The translations under genes were made by a program, and so were the position numbers. From Eledone cirrhosa (Eukaryota), in contig OZ024761.1 in the NCBI GenBank assembly GCA_964016885.1, forward strand, positions 24,242,001 through 24,306,000: a DNA stretch of 64,000 nucleotides, written 5' to 3'. The notes beneath the pieces were generated by a model that was given only the letters and a program-made list of their open reading frames with translations, was not told where the DNA came from and searched no databases. Every line of letters begins with the position of its first letter. Position 1 is the first letter of the stretch. Positions 15,982 to 28,885 of this stretch are shown here, one piece after another.

Positions 15982-16965
15982 CTAGCTGCAGTACCCAGCG
16001 TTGCCCGGGTAGGTAAAATAATATCTGCTTTGATGAAAAGGTGTTGAACTTAGCGACTGCTTCTCGATGACTCATCTATGGCCACACACAGGCCATGCGG
16101 GGGAGGGTGGTGATTACCTCTATCACTGAGAAACACGAGTGACTGACGAAGGGGCATGCTGGGGGAGGGAGGTGATGACCTCTAACACTAACCCAAATTA
16201 GCTCTCGCTACTTGATTAGAAACCGATGAATTCTCAAATACACAACTAAAAGCTCAGACGACATCAGTGGGCATCGTTTTGCCTTTGACCATCTATAAGA
16301 TGTGCAATGATAGGTTCTAACGTCGTATAAAAGTTGAACCAAATAAATTGATTTATGTGTGAGGTGGAGCTGAAGTTTCAAATTTGAACGAAATCGGTTG
16401 AAAAATGTGGGAGCTAGAGCCGAAAAGGTGGTATTTTTGAATATTTAAGCGGCTGCGAAGCCGTTCTTGAACAAAATATCCAAAATGTAAAGCCACTTTA
16501 AGACGTGAAATAATCAGATCTAGCGTAGTGTAAAATTTGAACAAATTAGGTTGATTAATGTGGGAGCTAGAGCCGAGAAAGTGGAAATTTGAGTCTAAAA
16601 GTGGTATTTTTGAATATTTAAGCGGCTGCCACGCCGTCCCTGAACAACAAATGCAAAATATAAAGCCATTATAGGATGTGCAATGATAAATTGTATTTTG
16701 CTTTAAAATTTGAACGATATCGGTGGCAAAATGTGGGAGCTAGAGCCAAAAATCTTATTTTTCGATACCTAAAAAAGGTGACCCCACCCCTATCGATTTT
16801 TATCTGCAGAATGACCCCGGAATAAAAAAAAACGATACGCTGATATATAGAAAACACTCCCCGATGACTAATCTATGAGCCTGTAAAGTTTCATGAAAAT
16901 CGGTCGTAAGATGTAGGCCCCTATAGGTAACACACAGACACACACACATACTTAATTATATATAT
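15982..16965 (-). mobile_element. Non-autonomous Helitron-like element
   Basis: Minus-strand 3' end acccgggcaacgctgggtactgcagCTAG|t (GC hairpin then CTAG). Internal ~130-170-bp duplications (gtgggagctagagcc x3). (GT)/(TA) microsatellite near the 5' end, whose boundary is fuzzy. Confidence 0.7.
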
Positions 16966-16989
16966 ACATATATATTATTAATTATATAT

Positions 16990-17070
<81 letters not shown>

Positions 17071-17076
<6 letters not shown>

Positions 17077-17254
17077 GTATAGAAAGGCTTCTACCGGACA
17101 AGAAGTTTCATTCGGGAGAAATCACGAGTCTTCTCTGTGATTTCTCCCGAATGAAACTGTTCCAGTAGAAGCCTTTCTATATTATATATTTATACTCTGC
17201 TTTCTATTGAGTAGCTTACTTACTGTGGTTACCCCCGATTGAACCCGGGATAAA

Positions 17255-17256
<2 letters not shown>
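17071..17256 (+). mobile_element. Hairpin-headed short element with ~55-bp arms
   Basis: tagaaaggcttctac..ttcattcgggagaaatcac / gtgatttctcccgaatgaaac..gtagaagcctttcta. The tail tattgagta...ggttacccccgattgaacccggga recurs at about 39383-39432. Confidence 0.75.
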
Positions 17257-17292
<36 letters not shown>

Positions 17293-17669
17293 CATTATCG
17301 GAGAAAGCTTTTTAGCGATACTCCGGCCAAATTCCAACTCACTCAACAAACATTAGGAAATAAGTGATTATATTCCTAAATAAGCGTTCGGGGTGCTAAC
17401 TAATTGTATTGCGTGGAAAATTGGCTGTATTATTTCATATGAGACATATCGAATATATCTCTTCCCAGACGGACGTCTCGTTTCATTATAGGATTCCTAC
17501 AATTTGGGTGAAATTCTACCAATTTAGGTAGGAGCTTGTATACCATCAATAGATATATATTCAAGTGGGCTCCTATAATTCATCAGTGGGTGCCCCAATA
17601 ATACTAATATATATAATATTAATAATTGAGGAACAAAGAATCAGTGTTGCATCATATACATATCTAATT

Positions 17670-17761
17670 ACATATTACATATGTTTCACTGCCGAGCAGC
17701 CCGTGGAACGATCGATTATTTTCATTCTCAACTCAGTATTTCGAAAGCTCCTCAGATATGT
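17670..17761 (-). ncRNA. Type-I hammerhead ribozyme
   Basis: Minus strand: ACAUAU CUGAGGA GCUUUCGA...UCGGCAGU GAAAC AUAU GUA| AUAUGU. 6-bp stem I. Paralog at 46630-46721. Confidence 0.78.
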
Positions 17762-18000
17762 GTTCTCGCGTGTAGACTCACATGATGTAAAACTGATTCT
17801 TTTTTCCCCTTAATTATTATTATTGATACTCTGCTCCCCAATAGCACCGAGTGCTCATCTTGACATTCCGCCTGTGACCGCAATCCAATTGTACACTTTA
17901 CTACTATATATAAAATAAAGTATCTCTCACAAAATTGTTGACCGTCTGCCTGAGTCAGAAATCATTAATCAAAGTGTAATTAGTAATGTTGGTACATTAT

Positions 18001-18190
18001 TGGATTGGCAGTATCGGTATAGGGTCGGACGCTTTCCTTTGCAGCATAGAGTTACGACCCTTTATGATCTGAGTCCAAAATCCCGTCGAGGTTAACTTCG
18101 CCTCTCATCCTTACGGGGTTCGATAAAATAAAGTACCAGTAATACACTGAGGTAATTTCTGGCCTTGTGTCAAACGTAGAAACAATTATA
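18001..18190 (+). mobile_element. SINE copy
   Basis: Match to the 26389 unit. Confidence 0.85.
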
Positions 18191-18304
18191 TATATAGCAC
18201 AAGCAAATATATTGCCTTCGCTACGCCATTTCATGTAAGTTTGATGTTTGAGTGACCGATGTTTAAGTTAGTATGTCATATAAACCCGGTGTCTCTCGTT
18301 CCAG

Positions 18305-18396
18305 ATGGTACCTTCGGTTTACACGGTGAAATCCACGATGATACATTCACAAGGAGGAAGCAGAGGCGGAATCGAACCACGTTTACTTTGCAGCAG
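18305..18396 (+). CDS. Drgx: Drgx/Prrxl1-like homeobox gene, exon encoding the N-terminal arm of the homeodomain
   Basis: Acceptor tctctcgttccag| and donor |gtgagt. Translates xGTFGLHGEIHDDTFTRRKQRRNRTTFTLQQ. RRKQRRNRTTFTLQQ is the DRGX-type homeodomain start. The exon ends in phase 0. Confidence 0.93.
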
Positions 18397-18634
18397 GTGA
18401 GTAGGTGAATGTATGTCTGTAGGTATATATACACTTCAACAGCATTCTAATGAAAGTGTATATATATATATATATTGCCAGGAAAAAAATCATTAAAAAA
18501 AAAAGCAGAAAATATTTACAATTCCGCGGAGTTTAACCTCTTCGTATAAAAATATATAAAACAAACTATTTGGATGGCCGTTGATTCTGCTGAATATATA
18601 TTATACATATCCATATATATCTATCAGATATTAA

Positions 18635-19008
18635 TTGGCAGTATCGGTAGAGGGTCGGACGCCATGCTTTCCAGCATAGTTACGTCCTTTTACGATCTGA
18701 GTTCAAATCCCGCCGAGGTTAACTTTGCCTTTCATCCTTACGTGGTCGATAAAATAAAGTACCAGTAATGTACTGGGTAATTGCTTGCCTTGTGCCAAAA
18801 GTAGAAACAATTAATTTAACAAGTGAATTGGCAGTATCGGTAGAGGGTTGGACGCTATGCTTTCTAGCATAGTTACGTCCCTTTACAGTCTGAGTTCAAA
18901 TCCCGCCGAGGTTAACTTTGCCTTTCATCCTTACGGGGTCGATAAAATAAAGTACCAGTAATGTACTGGGTAATTTGCTGGCCTTGTGCCAAAAGTAGAA
19001 ACAATTAA
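18635..19008 (+). mobile_element. Two tandem SINE copies
   Basis: Match to the 26389 unit. Confidence 0.88.
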
Positions 19009-19056
19009 TTTAACAATGAAAACAATAACAAATTCAAGTTTTTTAACCTTTTCATA

Positions 19057-19186
19057 TCATTGTTTTACTATCGTTTCGGAGGGTTGATCATATTGATATA
19101 TTGACTGATCTATAGCAGTTATATAACTGTATAATATCAGACATCATATATAGAGTCGATCAAACCGTCTTCTTCAGAAACAATGA
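19057..19186 (-). ncRNA. Type-I hammerhead ribozyme with extended stem II, intronic and antisense to Drgx
   Basis: Minus strand: UCAUUGUUU CUGAAGA [AGACGGUUUGAUC...GAUCAACCCUCC, 93 nt] GAAAC GAUA GUA| AAACAAUGA. Perfect 9-bp stem I. Confidence 0.78.
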
Positions 19187-19636
19187 AGTTAGAATCTTTA
19201 TTAGTAGTATATAAACAGGGTAGATACAAGAATAGATATACCGTATAACATACCACATTCCAGATTCATATACATCTATATATAATATATATGTATGTAA
19301 TACATATATATATTATGTATAGATGTATATGAATGGTGGTGAAGGGTAACCTGGAAAGCAGGGCATGCAGTCCAATCGCCATGGCGGAAAGTGGGGCTGT
19401 GCAGCCTCCCCCCTCCCCAATTCCCTCTAAATGACCCTCCCGGTCAAAGCTACATGTAGTGTTATCTAGTGTGTGTGTGTGTGTGTGTGTTATCTTTTTA
19501 TGTGTCTACGATTTAGTAAGCAGCCAAAATTCTGCTTGCTTCAACCAACGCAATTGATCAACTCAAGATTCTATAATGCATGCACTGCATGCCCACACCC
19601 TTCGCCCCTGGTATGTATATATATATATATATATAT

Positions 19637-19830
19637 ATAGGAAAAAGTATGACCCCGACGGTAGAGCTCAAGCCGTTTCGACGGCTATTTTTGAACTAAA
19701 TATTTAGTCCAGAAATAGCCGTCGAAACGGCTTGAGCTCTGCCGTCGGGGTCATACTTTTTCCTATTTCCCACTCTACTACCCTAAGTATTGAGTACACT
19801 GGTGCGTTATGGTCCATTTGGTTCCTTTGT
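19637..19830 (+). mobile_element. Family A hairpin element, copy 2
   Basis: Same arms and tail as 12802, with a different hairpin centre (gaactaaatatttagtcc). Confidence 0.85.
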
Positions 19831-19903
19831 TATATATATATATATATATATATATAGGTACATATATATATATATAAATATATAATATATATGTACATAT
19901 ATT

Positions 19904-19939
<36 letters not shown>

Positions 19940-19962
19940 TATAATATATATGTATATATATT

Positions 19963-20069
<107 letters not shown>

Positions 20070-20087
20070 ATATATGTACATATGTGT

Positions 20088-20161
20088 GGTGTTATATCAG
20101 AGTTTTCCTTCTCCTAGAATATGTACATATTCTAGGAGAAGGAAAACTCTGATATAACACC
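20088..20161. repeat. Perfect 74-bp palindrome with no spacer
   Basis: ggtgttatatcagagttttccttctcctagaatatgt|acatattctaggagaaggaaaactctgatataacacc. Confidence 0.92.
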
Positions 20162-20344
20162 TGCAACTCTGATGGTATCCAATGATGTTGACTTGTTCTT
20201 CTTTTTGGTAAATATCATCTTGGTTAAGAGAGTGGGACTGGCTTTGTGCAGTGCCTTTGCTCACTATAACAGCTTCATGGCACAGGCATTGCTTTATATC
20301 TGCAGATCTCTCTGCACTTGTCGTCACAGGGTACCATGTACACT

Positions 20345-20497
20345 GTGTCAATAATTGTCACAAGTGTAGTGTTTGTACCAGAGTTTTCAAGTCGCTGGCT
20401 GGACTAAAAAGTCACACTCGTTCAGCGCATCGGTAGGGGTTCTCCTACATGGATATAAAGTAGTGGCCGTACTCGAAAACGAGTTGGCAGCCACCAT
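20345..20497 (+). mobile_element. Probable LINE (RTE-like) extreme 3' end with C2H2 motif
   Basis: HKCSVCTRVFKSLAGLKSHTRSAHR*, then a short UTR into (TA)n. No clear splice context. Confidence 0.5.
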
Positions 20498-20770
20498 ATA
20501 TATATATATACATACATATGTACATATATATATTTATATATATATATATATATATAAGGGTGAGATAGAGGTGGTGGAATAGCGAGATGTTAATACGTGC
20601 GTGAAGGCATAGACCAATGTATAACAGTCACTGTACAACTATGACTGTAGGAGGGGGGGGGGGGTCACGTGACTTTGGTTATCTCACTCTGGAGTTGTGA
20701 TCAATGTATATATAGGACTGTTGGGGTGTGTGTATGTGTGTGTTTGTATATGTGCGTGTGTGTGATTGTG

Positions 20771-20803
<33 letters not shown>

Positions 20804-23121
20804 ACAACAGCAGAAAGGACAGTAGGATTATGAGCATGCTGATGATGTCACCTTGCTGAACCCCCCCCCCCCATCCAACACTAACACACACATCACACAC
20901 ACAATCCACACTTATACCACACACACACACCACACACACCACACACACCACAGACACACCACACACACACTCCACACTTATACCACACACACGTCATGGA
21001 TAGAAAAAAGGTCCCGTGACCTGCCCCACCACCACCACCCCCTTCACGTACATAACCACCATCAGCATCAACACCATCATCCCTTACCCACAACCACCAA
21101 CGCCATCACCACAACCACAACAATCAACACCACCACATGGACCAGCACCACAGCCAGCACCGCCACCACTACCACCACCACCACATGGACAAGCACCACA
21201 GCCAGCACCGCCACCACTACCACCAGCACCACAGCCTGCACCGCCACCACCACCACCACCACCACATGGACCAGCACCACAGCCAGCACCGCCACCACTA
21301 CCACCAGCACCACAGCCAGCACCGCGACCACTACCACCACCACCACCAACACCACATGGACCAGCACCACCGCCACCACAGCTACAACCACCACCACCAC
21401 ATGGACCAGCACCACAGCCACCACCACCACCAACACCACCACCACCAACACCACATGGACCCCAGCACCACCGCCACCACAGCTACAACCACCACCACCA
21501 CCACCATCACTTACCCAATACCACAACTACCCCCACCCACCCTACTCTTCGATGTCTAGGCAACAACAATTAGCAAGGAGGGAGGGAGGGGGGGGTACAA
21601 ACCTTAATCGAATCAGTAAAATGCATTAGTGACATCTAAATTAGATATGACACGTGATATCGGTAGAGCATGCCGGGAATTTTGTCGAAAGTGGAAGGCC
21701 ATCTTGTCTCCAGTATCTACCCCCTCTCTCTCTGTCTACCCCCCTCCCCATATATATATATATAATATATATATACAGATAGAGAGAGAGAGAGTGAGCG
21801 AGAGAGAGAGAGACAGATAGCTGACCTCCTCCACTTTCAATCGTTGCTCTTTACCCTCCTCCACTCCCAGAACTAGCATCAACACCAACACCACCACCAC
21901 CAACACTACCACTACCACCACCAACACTACCACCACCAACACTACCACCATCAACACTACCACCACCAACACTACCACCATCAACACTACCACCACCAAC
22001 ACTACCACCACCAACACTACCACTACCACCACCAACACTACCACCACCAACACTACCACCACCAACACTACCACCACCAACACTACCACCACCAACACTA
22101 CCACCATCAACACTACCACTACCACCACCAACACTACCACCACCAACACTACCATCAACACTACCACTACCACCACCAACACTACCACCACCAACACTAC
22201 CACCACCAACACTACCACCACCAACACCAACACCACCACCATCAACACTACCACCACCACTAACACCACCAACACTACCACCACCACTAACACCACCAAC
22301 ACTACCACCAACATCACCAACAACTCCCACACCAATATCACATTACAACTACGACCTCGCTACCCTCACAACTCCACATATGACGGTCAGCCCTACCATT
22401 CTTCACTTCCGTCAAACCATCACTACCACCACCATCCCCTCCCTCCACTACAGCAACCGCCACCAGCTTCTCCACCACAACCACCACCACCAACATAACC
22501 ACAAGCATCATCACAGCTACCATCACAAGCACAAGCATCATCACCACCAATAAGCACCACCACCACCAACACCACCACACGTGGTTTCGTGTATAGACAA
22601 AAGTAAACACACCAAATATACGTCGTTCCCCGTAAATTGAGAAAAAATATATAAACATCTTTTCGGACCTAGTTAGTTCCTTCATTAGGTGTGCTTATAA
22701 TCCACACACGCATATATATATATATGTGTGTGTACAATTTCACAGAACTTATGTTCATCGATTTCAGGGACCTGACTCCTTCTTCCCCCCGTTTGACCTG
22801 TGCGAAATTCTTTCCTCACTTACATTTCGACCAGGTTGGATGGTCTTTATTCTCTCTCGTCTACGATTTCACAGAACTTATGTTCATCGATTTCAGGGAC
22901 TTGACTCCTTCTTCCTCACGTTTCGTTGCATTACCATCTTTGTTTGTTTACTGTCTCGCTCGTTCCCCCTATTTACGTGTCCCAACGACTTTCTGTAGCC
23001 GTTGCTCGCACCAACCAGAGGTATATGGTCTTTAATGCGATGAAATACCAATGAAGGCTGGAAGATCACTGATGAAGGACTAAATTTATTCATATATATA
23101 TATATATGTATGTATATATAC

Positions 23122-23646
23122 TTCCTGAACCATCAGCCGACCTTTAGGTACCCGAACAAACGATCATCCATGAAACTCGCGAGCCACGTATGGTCCCTCA
23201 AGGTATAGACTACTCTATTCAATGGAAAGCCATCACTAAGTCTAAGCGATACGCAAGGGCCAATTCCTCTTGTGGCTGTGTATTGAAGAACGGATAAATA
23301 TTCTAAGGAGATTACGCAATAGTGATTGCCTAAACTCAAGAAATGAATTCTTAACACGTTGCCCACACGCCTGGAAACACCTCTTACATAACTTCTATTT
23401 GACCATATCCAAAGCATTAATTGTTTTGTTATTTTTAGATAGCATTTTCTAGGGTTAAAATAGGGTTAAAATAGCATTTTCTAGGGTTTTTATTAAAAAA
23501 TCTTTTTATTATTCACTTTTATTAAAAAATCTTTTTATTATAATCACTTTTATTATTATTAGTGTTGTTGTTGTTAGTGGTGGTAGCCGACATATATATA
23601 TATATTAATTCTGGCAATATTACACAAATATGACCCTCCCCAAGTA

Positions 23647-23650
<4 letters not shown>
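23122..23650 (+). mobile_element. 5'-truncated Penelope-like element: decayed GIY-YIG endonuclease C-terminus plus 3' UTR
   Basis: Across two frameshifts: FLNHQPTFRYPNKRSSMKLASHVWSLK / GIDYSIQWKAITKSKRYARANSSC / LCIEERINILRRLRNSDCLNSRNEFLTRCPHAWKHLL. This resembles the Penelope-type EN tail (NH..F, LS.H.W.LK, I.W, C.LC..E, LN.R.E...C.H). Flanked by (TA)n. Confidence 0.72.
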
Positions 23651-23709
<59 letters not shown>

Positions 23710-23961
23710 ACAAAATAATCTAATGTAGTATATAGCTCTGATATTGAATCAATCGAAACCATTCAGATTATGTGGTCCCTATTATTGATAGAGCAACAGT
23801 GGTTAAGGCTGGTACCACACAAATTCAGGGATATATGTGGGTAGATGCATGTATATGTATGGATTCGCATGTTTCTGTGTATTTCTTTATTGTTTATAAC
23901 TCCCTACGGTAGAGTAACCACTGAAGTGTAGTGACTGCTGTTAAGCTTACACTACTCACAC

Positions 23962-24049
<88 letters not shown>

Positions 24050-24072
24050 GTATGTATATATATATATATATG

Positions 24073-24117
<45 letters not shown>

Positions 24118-24277
24118 CGATTTGATGAGATTTGATTTTAAGGAAGGAAATTTGTGGTGGTGGTGGTGTGGTGGTGTGGTGTTGGTGGTGTTATAAGCGC
24201 TGATGGTGGTGGTAGCGAATAATATCATGATAGTGCTGCTGTTGTTGATGAAGGTACTAGTGTTGTTGGTGGCGGCG

Positions 24278-25055
24278 GTGGAGTGACTGTGTTAGAGTGG
24301 TGGTGTTGGTGATGTTAGAGTGGTGGTGTTGGTGGTGGTGGTGGAGTGACGGTGTTAGAGTGGTGGTGTTGGTGGTATTAGAGTGGTGGTGTTGGTGGTG
24401 GTAGTGGTGTTGGTGGTGGTGGAGTGACGGTGTTAGAATGGTGGTGGTGGTGGAGTGACGGTGTTAGAGTGGTGGTGTTGGTGGTGTTAGAGTGGTGGTG
24501 TTGGTGGTGGTGGTTGAGTGACGGTGTTAGAGTGATGGGAGTGACAGTGTTAGGGTAGTGGTGTTGGTGGTGGTGGTGGAGTGACGGTGTTAGAGTGGTG
24601 GTGTTGGTGGTTGTGGAGTGACGGTGTTAGAGTGGTGGTGTTGGTGGTATTAGAGTGGTGGTGTTGGTGGTGGTAGTGGTGTTGGTGGTGGTGGAGTGAC
24701 GGTGTTAGAGTGGTGGTGGTGTTGGTGGTGGTGGTGGAGTGACGGTGTTAGAGTGGTGGTGTTGGTGGTGTTAGAGTGGTGGTGTTGGTGGTGGTGGTTC
24801 AGTGACGGTGTTAGAGTGATGGGAGTGACAGTGTTAGGGTAGTGGTGTTGGTGGTGGTGGTGGAGTGACGGTGTTAGAGTGGTGGAGTGACGGTGTTAGA
24901 GTGGTGGAGTGACGGTGTTAGAGTGGTGGTGTTGGTGGTTGTGGAGTGACGGTGTTAGAGTGGTGGTGTTGGTGGTGGTGGAGTGACGGTGTTAGAGTGG
25001 TGGTGTTGGTGTTGGTGGTGGAGTGACGGTGTTAGAGTGGTGGTGTTGGTGGTGG
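24278..25055. repeat. GGT-rich minisatellite
   Basis: Recurring ggagtgacggtgttagagtggtggtgttggt. Confidence 0.9.
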
Positions 25056-25180
25056 TCAAATTGATGATGATGGCGGTACCATAGCAACATGAAACATCAA
25101 ATCTAATCTATGTAATTTCCAGCTTCCACTTTGCAGCGACATTTTTTTCCTTTTCTTCTTGTTTTCCCCCTTGTCATCTT

Positions 25181-25326
25181 ATAGAGGGTGACACACACAC
25201 ACATATATATAGACACACATACACACATAGAGGGTGACACACACACACATATATATAGACACACATACACACATAGAGGGTGACACACACCCATATATAT
25301 AGACACACATACACACATAGAGGGTG

Positions 25327-25359
<33 letters not shown>

Positions 25360-25760
25360 CACATACACACATAGAGGGTGACACACACATATAGAGAGTG
25401 ACACACACACATAGACGGTGACACACACACACATATACATAGACACACATACACATATAGAGAGTGACACACACATATAGAGGTTGACACACACACATAG
25501 ACGGTGACACACACACATATATATAGACAAACATACACACATAGAGGGTGACACACATACACACACATATATATAGGGTGACACACATACACCCATAGAG
25601 CGCAACACACACACACACACACACACATGGGGAGAGACACACACACACCATAGGACATACACACACACAGGGACACACACGCACACATGGGGAAAGAGAC
25701 ACACACACCGTAGGACACACACACACACACACAGGGACACACACGCACACATGGAGAGAG

Positions 25761-25780
<20 letters not shown>
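25181..25780. repeat. CA-rich minisatellite
   Basis: Recurring atagagggtgacacacac. Confidence 0.85.
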
Positions 25781-25792
<12 letters not shown>

Positions 25793-25989
25793 GCTGGCCC
25801 TATACCTAAATCAGAAACCATCATAAGATATAAAGGGCGCTGAATTGAACCAGTAGAGCGCCGGACTACATGTTTTGCGATATATAGTTATGGCTCGTGT
25901 ACCAGTAATGTACTGCGATCGATTTAATCGACTTCCCTCGCCACCCAAAATTGCTGGCCTTGTGCCTAAAGTAGAAACCCTTATTATTA

Positions 25990-26334
25990 GGTGAGGGTGG
26001 AGAGAGAAGTGCTGCCCCCAGTACATTTGCTGAGAGGTGGGTGAATGTGGCTGTGGCGAGAATGACCCCCCGCCTGAGTGGGCCCTGCTCTGATCATGCG
26101 CCTGTAGGCGGGAGAATTTGAGGAGGAGTGGGGTGGTTCAGGATTGGTGGGGTACCTGAGTCAACCCTGGGAGGTTACCCCTCACCCCACTATTAGGGAA
26201 TTTTCATTGTTGTATTTTTCTTGTTTATTGTTATTGTTTTCCTATTTTTTACTCGATTTTTATGTAAAACCCCGACTGACCCCGTCTATTGTATTGTCCC
26301 CTACATGTCGGCCCTTGTGGCCAATAAATGAAAC

Positions 26335-26382
<48 letters not shown>

Positions 26383-26387
26383 TATTA
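25990..26387 (+). mobile_element. Possible LINE (L1/Tx1-like) 3' end
   Basis: GC-richer stretch (VRVEREVL../FAERWVNVA), T-rich UTR, AATAAA at about 26323, then an (ATT)n tail. Confidence 0.4.
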
Positions 26388-26388
26388 G

Positions 26389-27288
26389 TTGGCTGTATCG
26401 GTAGAGCGTCAAACACAATGCTTTGCAGCATAGAGTTATGGCCCTTTGCGTTCTAAGTTCAAATTTCGCCGAGGTTAACTTTGCCTTTCATACTTACGGG
26501 GGTCGATAAAATAAAGTACCAGTAATGCACTGGGGTTAATTGCTGGCCTTGTGCCAAAAGTAGAAACAATTATTATTATGCAGTATCGGTAGAGGGTCGG
26601 ACGCCATGCTTTGACGCATAGAGTTACGGCCCTTGCCATTCTGAGTTCAAATCCCGCCGAGGTTAACTTTGCTTTTCATCCGTACGGGGTCGATGAAATA
26701 AAGTACCAGTAATGCACTGGGGTAATTGCTGGCCTTGTGCCTAAAGTAGAAACAATTATTGGTAGAGGGTTGGACGCCATGCTTTGCAGCATAGAGTTAC
26801 GGCCCTTTATGATCTGAGTACAAATCCTGCCGAGGTCAACATTGCCTTTCATCCTTCCGGGGTCGATAAAATAAAGTACCAGTAATACACTGGGGTAATT
26901 GCTGGCCTTGTGCCTAAAGCAGAAACAATTATTGGTAGAGGGTTGGACGCCATGCTTTGCAGCATAGAGTTACGGCCCTTTATGATCTGAGTTCAAATCC
27001 CGCCGAGGTCAACATTGCCTGTCATCCTTACGGGGGACGATAAAATAAAGTACCAGTAATACACTGGGGTAATTGCTGGCCCCTTGTGCCTAAAGCAGAA
27101 ACAATTATTGGTAGAGGGTTGGACGCCATGCTTTGCAGCATAGAGTTACGGCCCTTTATGATCTGAGTTCAAATCCCGCCGAGGTCAACATTGCCTGTCA
27201 TCCTTACGGGGGACGATAAAATAAAGTACCAGTAATGCACTGGGGTAATTGCTGGCCCCTTGTGCCTAAAGTAGAAACAATTATTATT
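26389..27288 (+). mobile_element. Five head-to-tail copies of a ~175-bp tRNA-derived SINE
   Basis: Unit ggtagagggtcggacgccatgctttgcagcatagagttacg...GAGTTCAAATCC (B box)...gcctttcatccttacggggtcgataaaataaagtaccagt...aaagtagaaacaattatt. Confidence 0.9.
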
Positions 27289-27367
27289 AGAAATATAGTT
27301 TTTGCTATTGTTTGCCTCTATCGTCTGCAATTCTCACCAATATCGACTTCATTTTATTTCATTTCAG

Positions 27368-27469
27368 CTGGAAGAATTAGAGAAAGCGTTTGCTCAGACA
27401 CATTACCCGGACGTCTTCACACGAGAAGACCTGGCCATGAGAATTAACTTAACGGAAGCCCGAGTACAG
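27368..27469 (+). CDS. Drgx: Drgx homeodomain exon (helices 1-3)
   Basis: ttttatttcatttcag| ... |gtatga. 102 nt = [34 protein letters not shown]. The following intron falls between homeodomain residues 46 and 47 (VQ|VWF), typical of PRD class. Confidence 0.96.
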
Positions 27470-27934
27470 GTATGAACACACCTATAGACACACACATACA
27501 CAACACATACACACACATATACATACACATACACACATATACACACGCACCCACACACACATACAGACACACCCACCCACTCGCACACATACACATACAT
27601 ACATATACACACACACATACATACACACATACACCCCCACCCACACAACACACATACTGACACACACAACACACACACTGACACATACACTCACATACAG
27701 ACACACACACACAACACACACACTGACACATACACTCACATACAGACACACACACACAACACACACACTGACACATACACTCACACAGACACACACACAC
27801 ACAAACACACATACTGACTCACACACACACTCACACACACAAATACACACTCATACATACATATATAAGGTCGGCTGAAAAGTTCATAGGCTGACTATGA
27901 ACGATTGATGCTAGAGATGTAAAATCTTGCATCC

Positions 27935-28295
27935 TTTCTTTTTCTTTTTCTTCTTCTTCTTTTTCTTCTTCTTCTTCTTCTTCTTCTTCTTCTTCTTCTT
28001 CTTCTTCTTCTTCTTTTTCTTCTTCTTTTTCTTTTTCTTCTTCTTTTTCTTCTTCTTTTTCTTTTTCTTCTTCTTTTCCTTTTTCTTCTTCTTCTTTTTC
28101 TTTTTCTTCTTCTTTTTCTTTTTCTTCTTCTTTTTCTTCTTCTTCTTCTTCTCCTTCTTTTTCTTCTTTTTCTTCTTCTTCTTTTTCTTCTTCTTCTTCT
28201 TCTTTTTCTTCTTCTTTTTCTTCTTCTTCTTCTTCTTCTTCTTCTTCTTCTTCTTCTTCTCCTTCTTCTTTTTCTTCTTTTTCTTCTTCTTCTTA
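27935..28295. repeat. (TTC)n tract, probable expanded tail of the adjacent RTE
   Basis: About 360 bp of TTC/TTTTTC directly abutting the RTE 3' end. Confidence 0.9.
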
Positions 28296-28800
28296 TTATT
28301 CTTGAGAGGGTCATGGGGGAAGAGTCCTCAAATACTCCCTGCAGCATGTCCTGTCAGCAGCAACCGTCTCCCCAAGCGTGACCAGCCAAGCTCAAGGATG
28401 TTATCCAACCATCTTGCTCGGGGTCTACCCCTGGGTCCACCCCTGGGTCTCCAACCTGTTGGTTTCGCCTGTAAAATCATGTCCAGCGATACTTTCCCCC
28501 CGAGCCATTTTAACCACATGTCCCAAGTATCGGAGCTGTGATCTCTCAATTCGGAGAAGTAGCAGCTCTACCTGGAGTGGCTCTCTCATCTCCGAGCTAC
28601 CCACTTAATCGAGTAACGAAATGGGGTTCCACCAAAGACCCTTTGGTGGAACCCCATTTCGGCCGCTTGTATTCTGTCAGTCATTACCCAAGATTCATGA
28701 CCATAGGTAAGGGTTGGTACGAAAACTGAATTGAAGATAGCGAGTTTAGGTTTTACGCTTACCTCCCGTGTTCTGATTACCAAGTCATACTCGATTTTAA
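28296..28800 (-). mobile_element. RTE-clade LINE 3' fragment (decayed ORF C-terminus)
   Basis: Frameshifted KLAIFNSVFVPTLTYGHESWVMT..RIQAAEMGF...RIERSQLRYLGHVVKM...ILQAKPTGWRPRG..RGRPRARWLDNI. It is followed on the minus strand by a long (GAA)n tail. Confidence 0.82.
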
Positions 28801-28885
28801 ATGGCAACCAAATTTTTTTCTTTTGTTTCTTTTTCGGTTTTATTCTTATGATATTATTCTTATGATGTTTTTTTTTTTAATGCAG

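Noticed and set aside
17448-17562. Minus-strand TTGATGG...GAAACGAGACGTC with a long stem
   Set aside because: The core is degenerate. Probably a dead hammerhead.
20355-20436. C2H2 zinc-finger gene exon
   Set aside because: A single finger followed by a stop and a TA tail fits a LINE ORF end better.
27864-27900. Mariner-like TIR (taaggtcggctgaaaagttcataggc)
   Set aside because: Solo end with no partner repeat or transposase.
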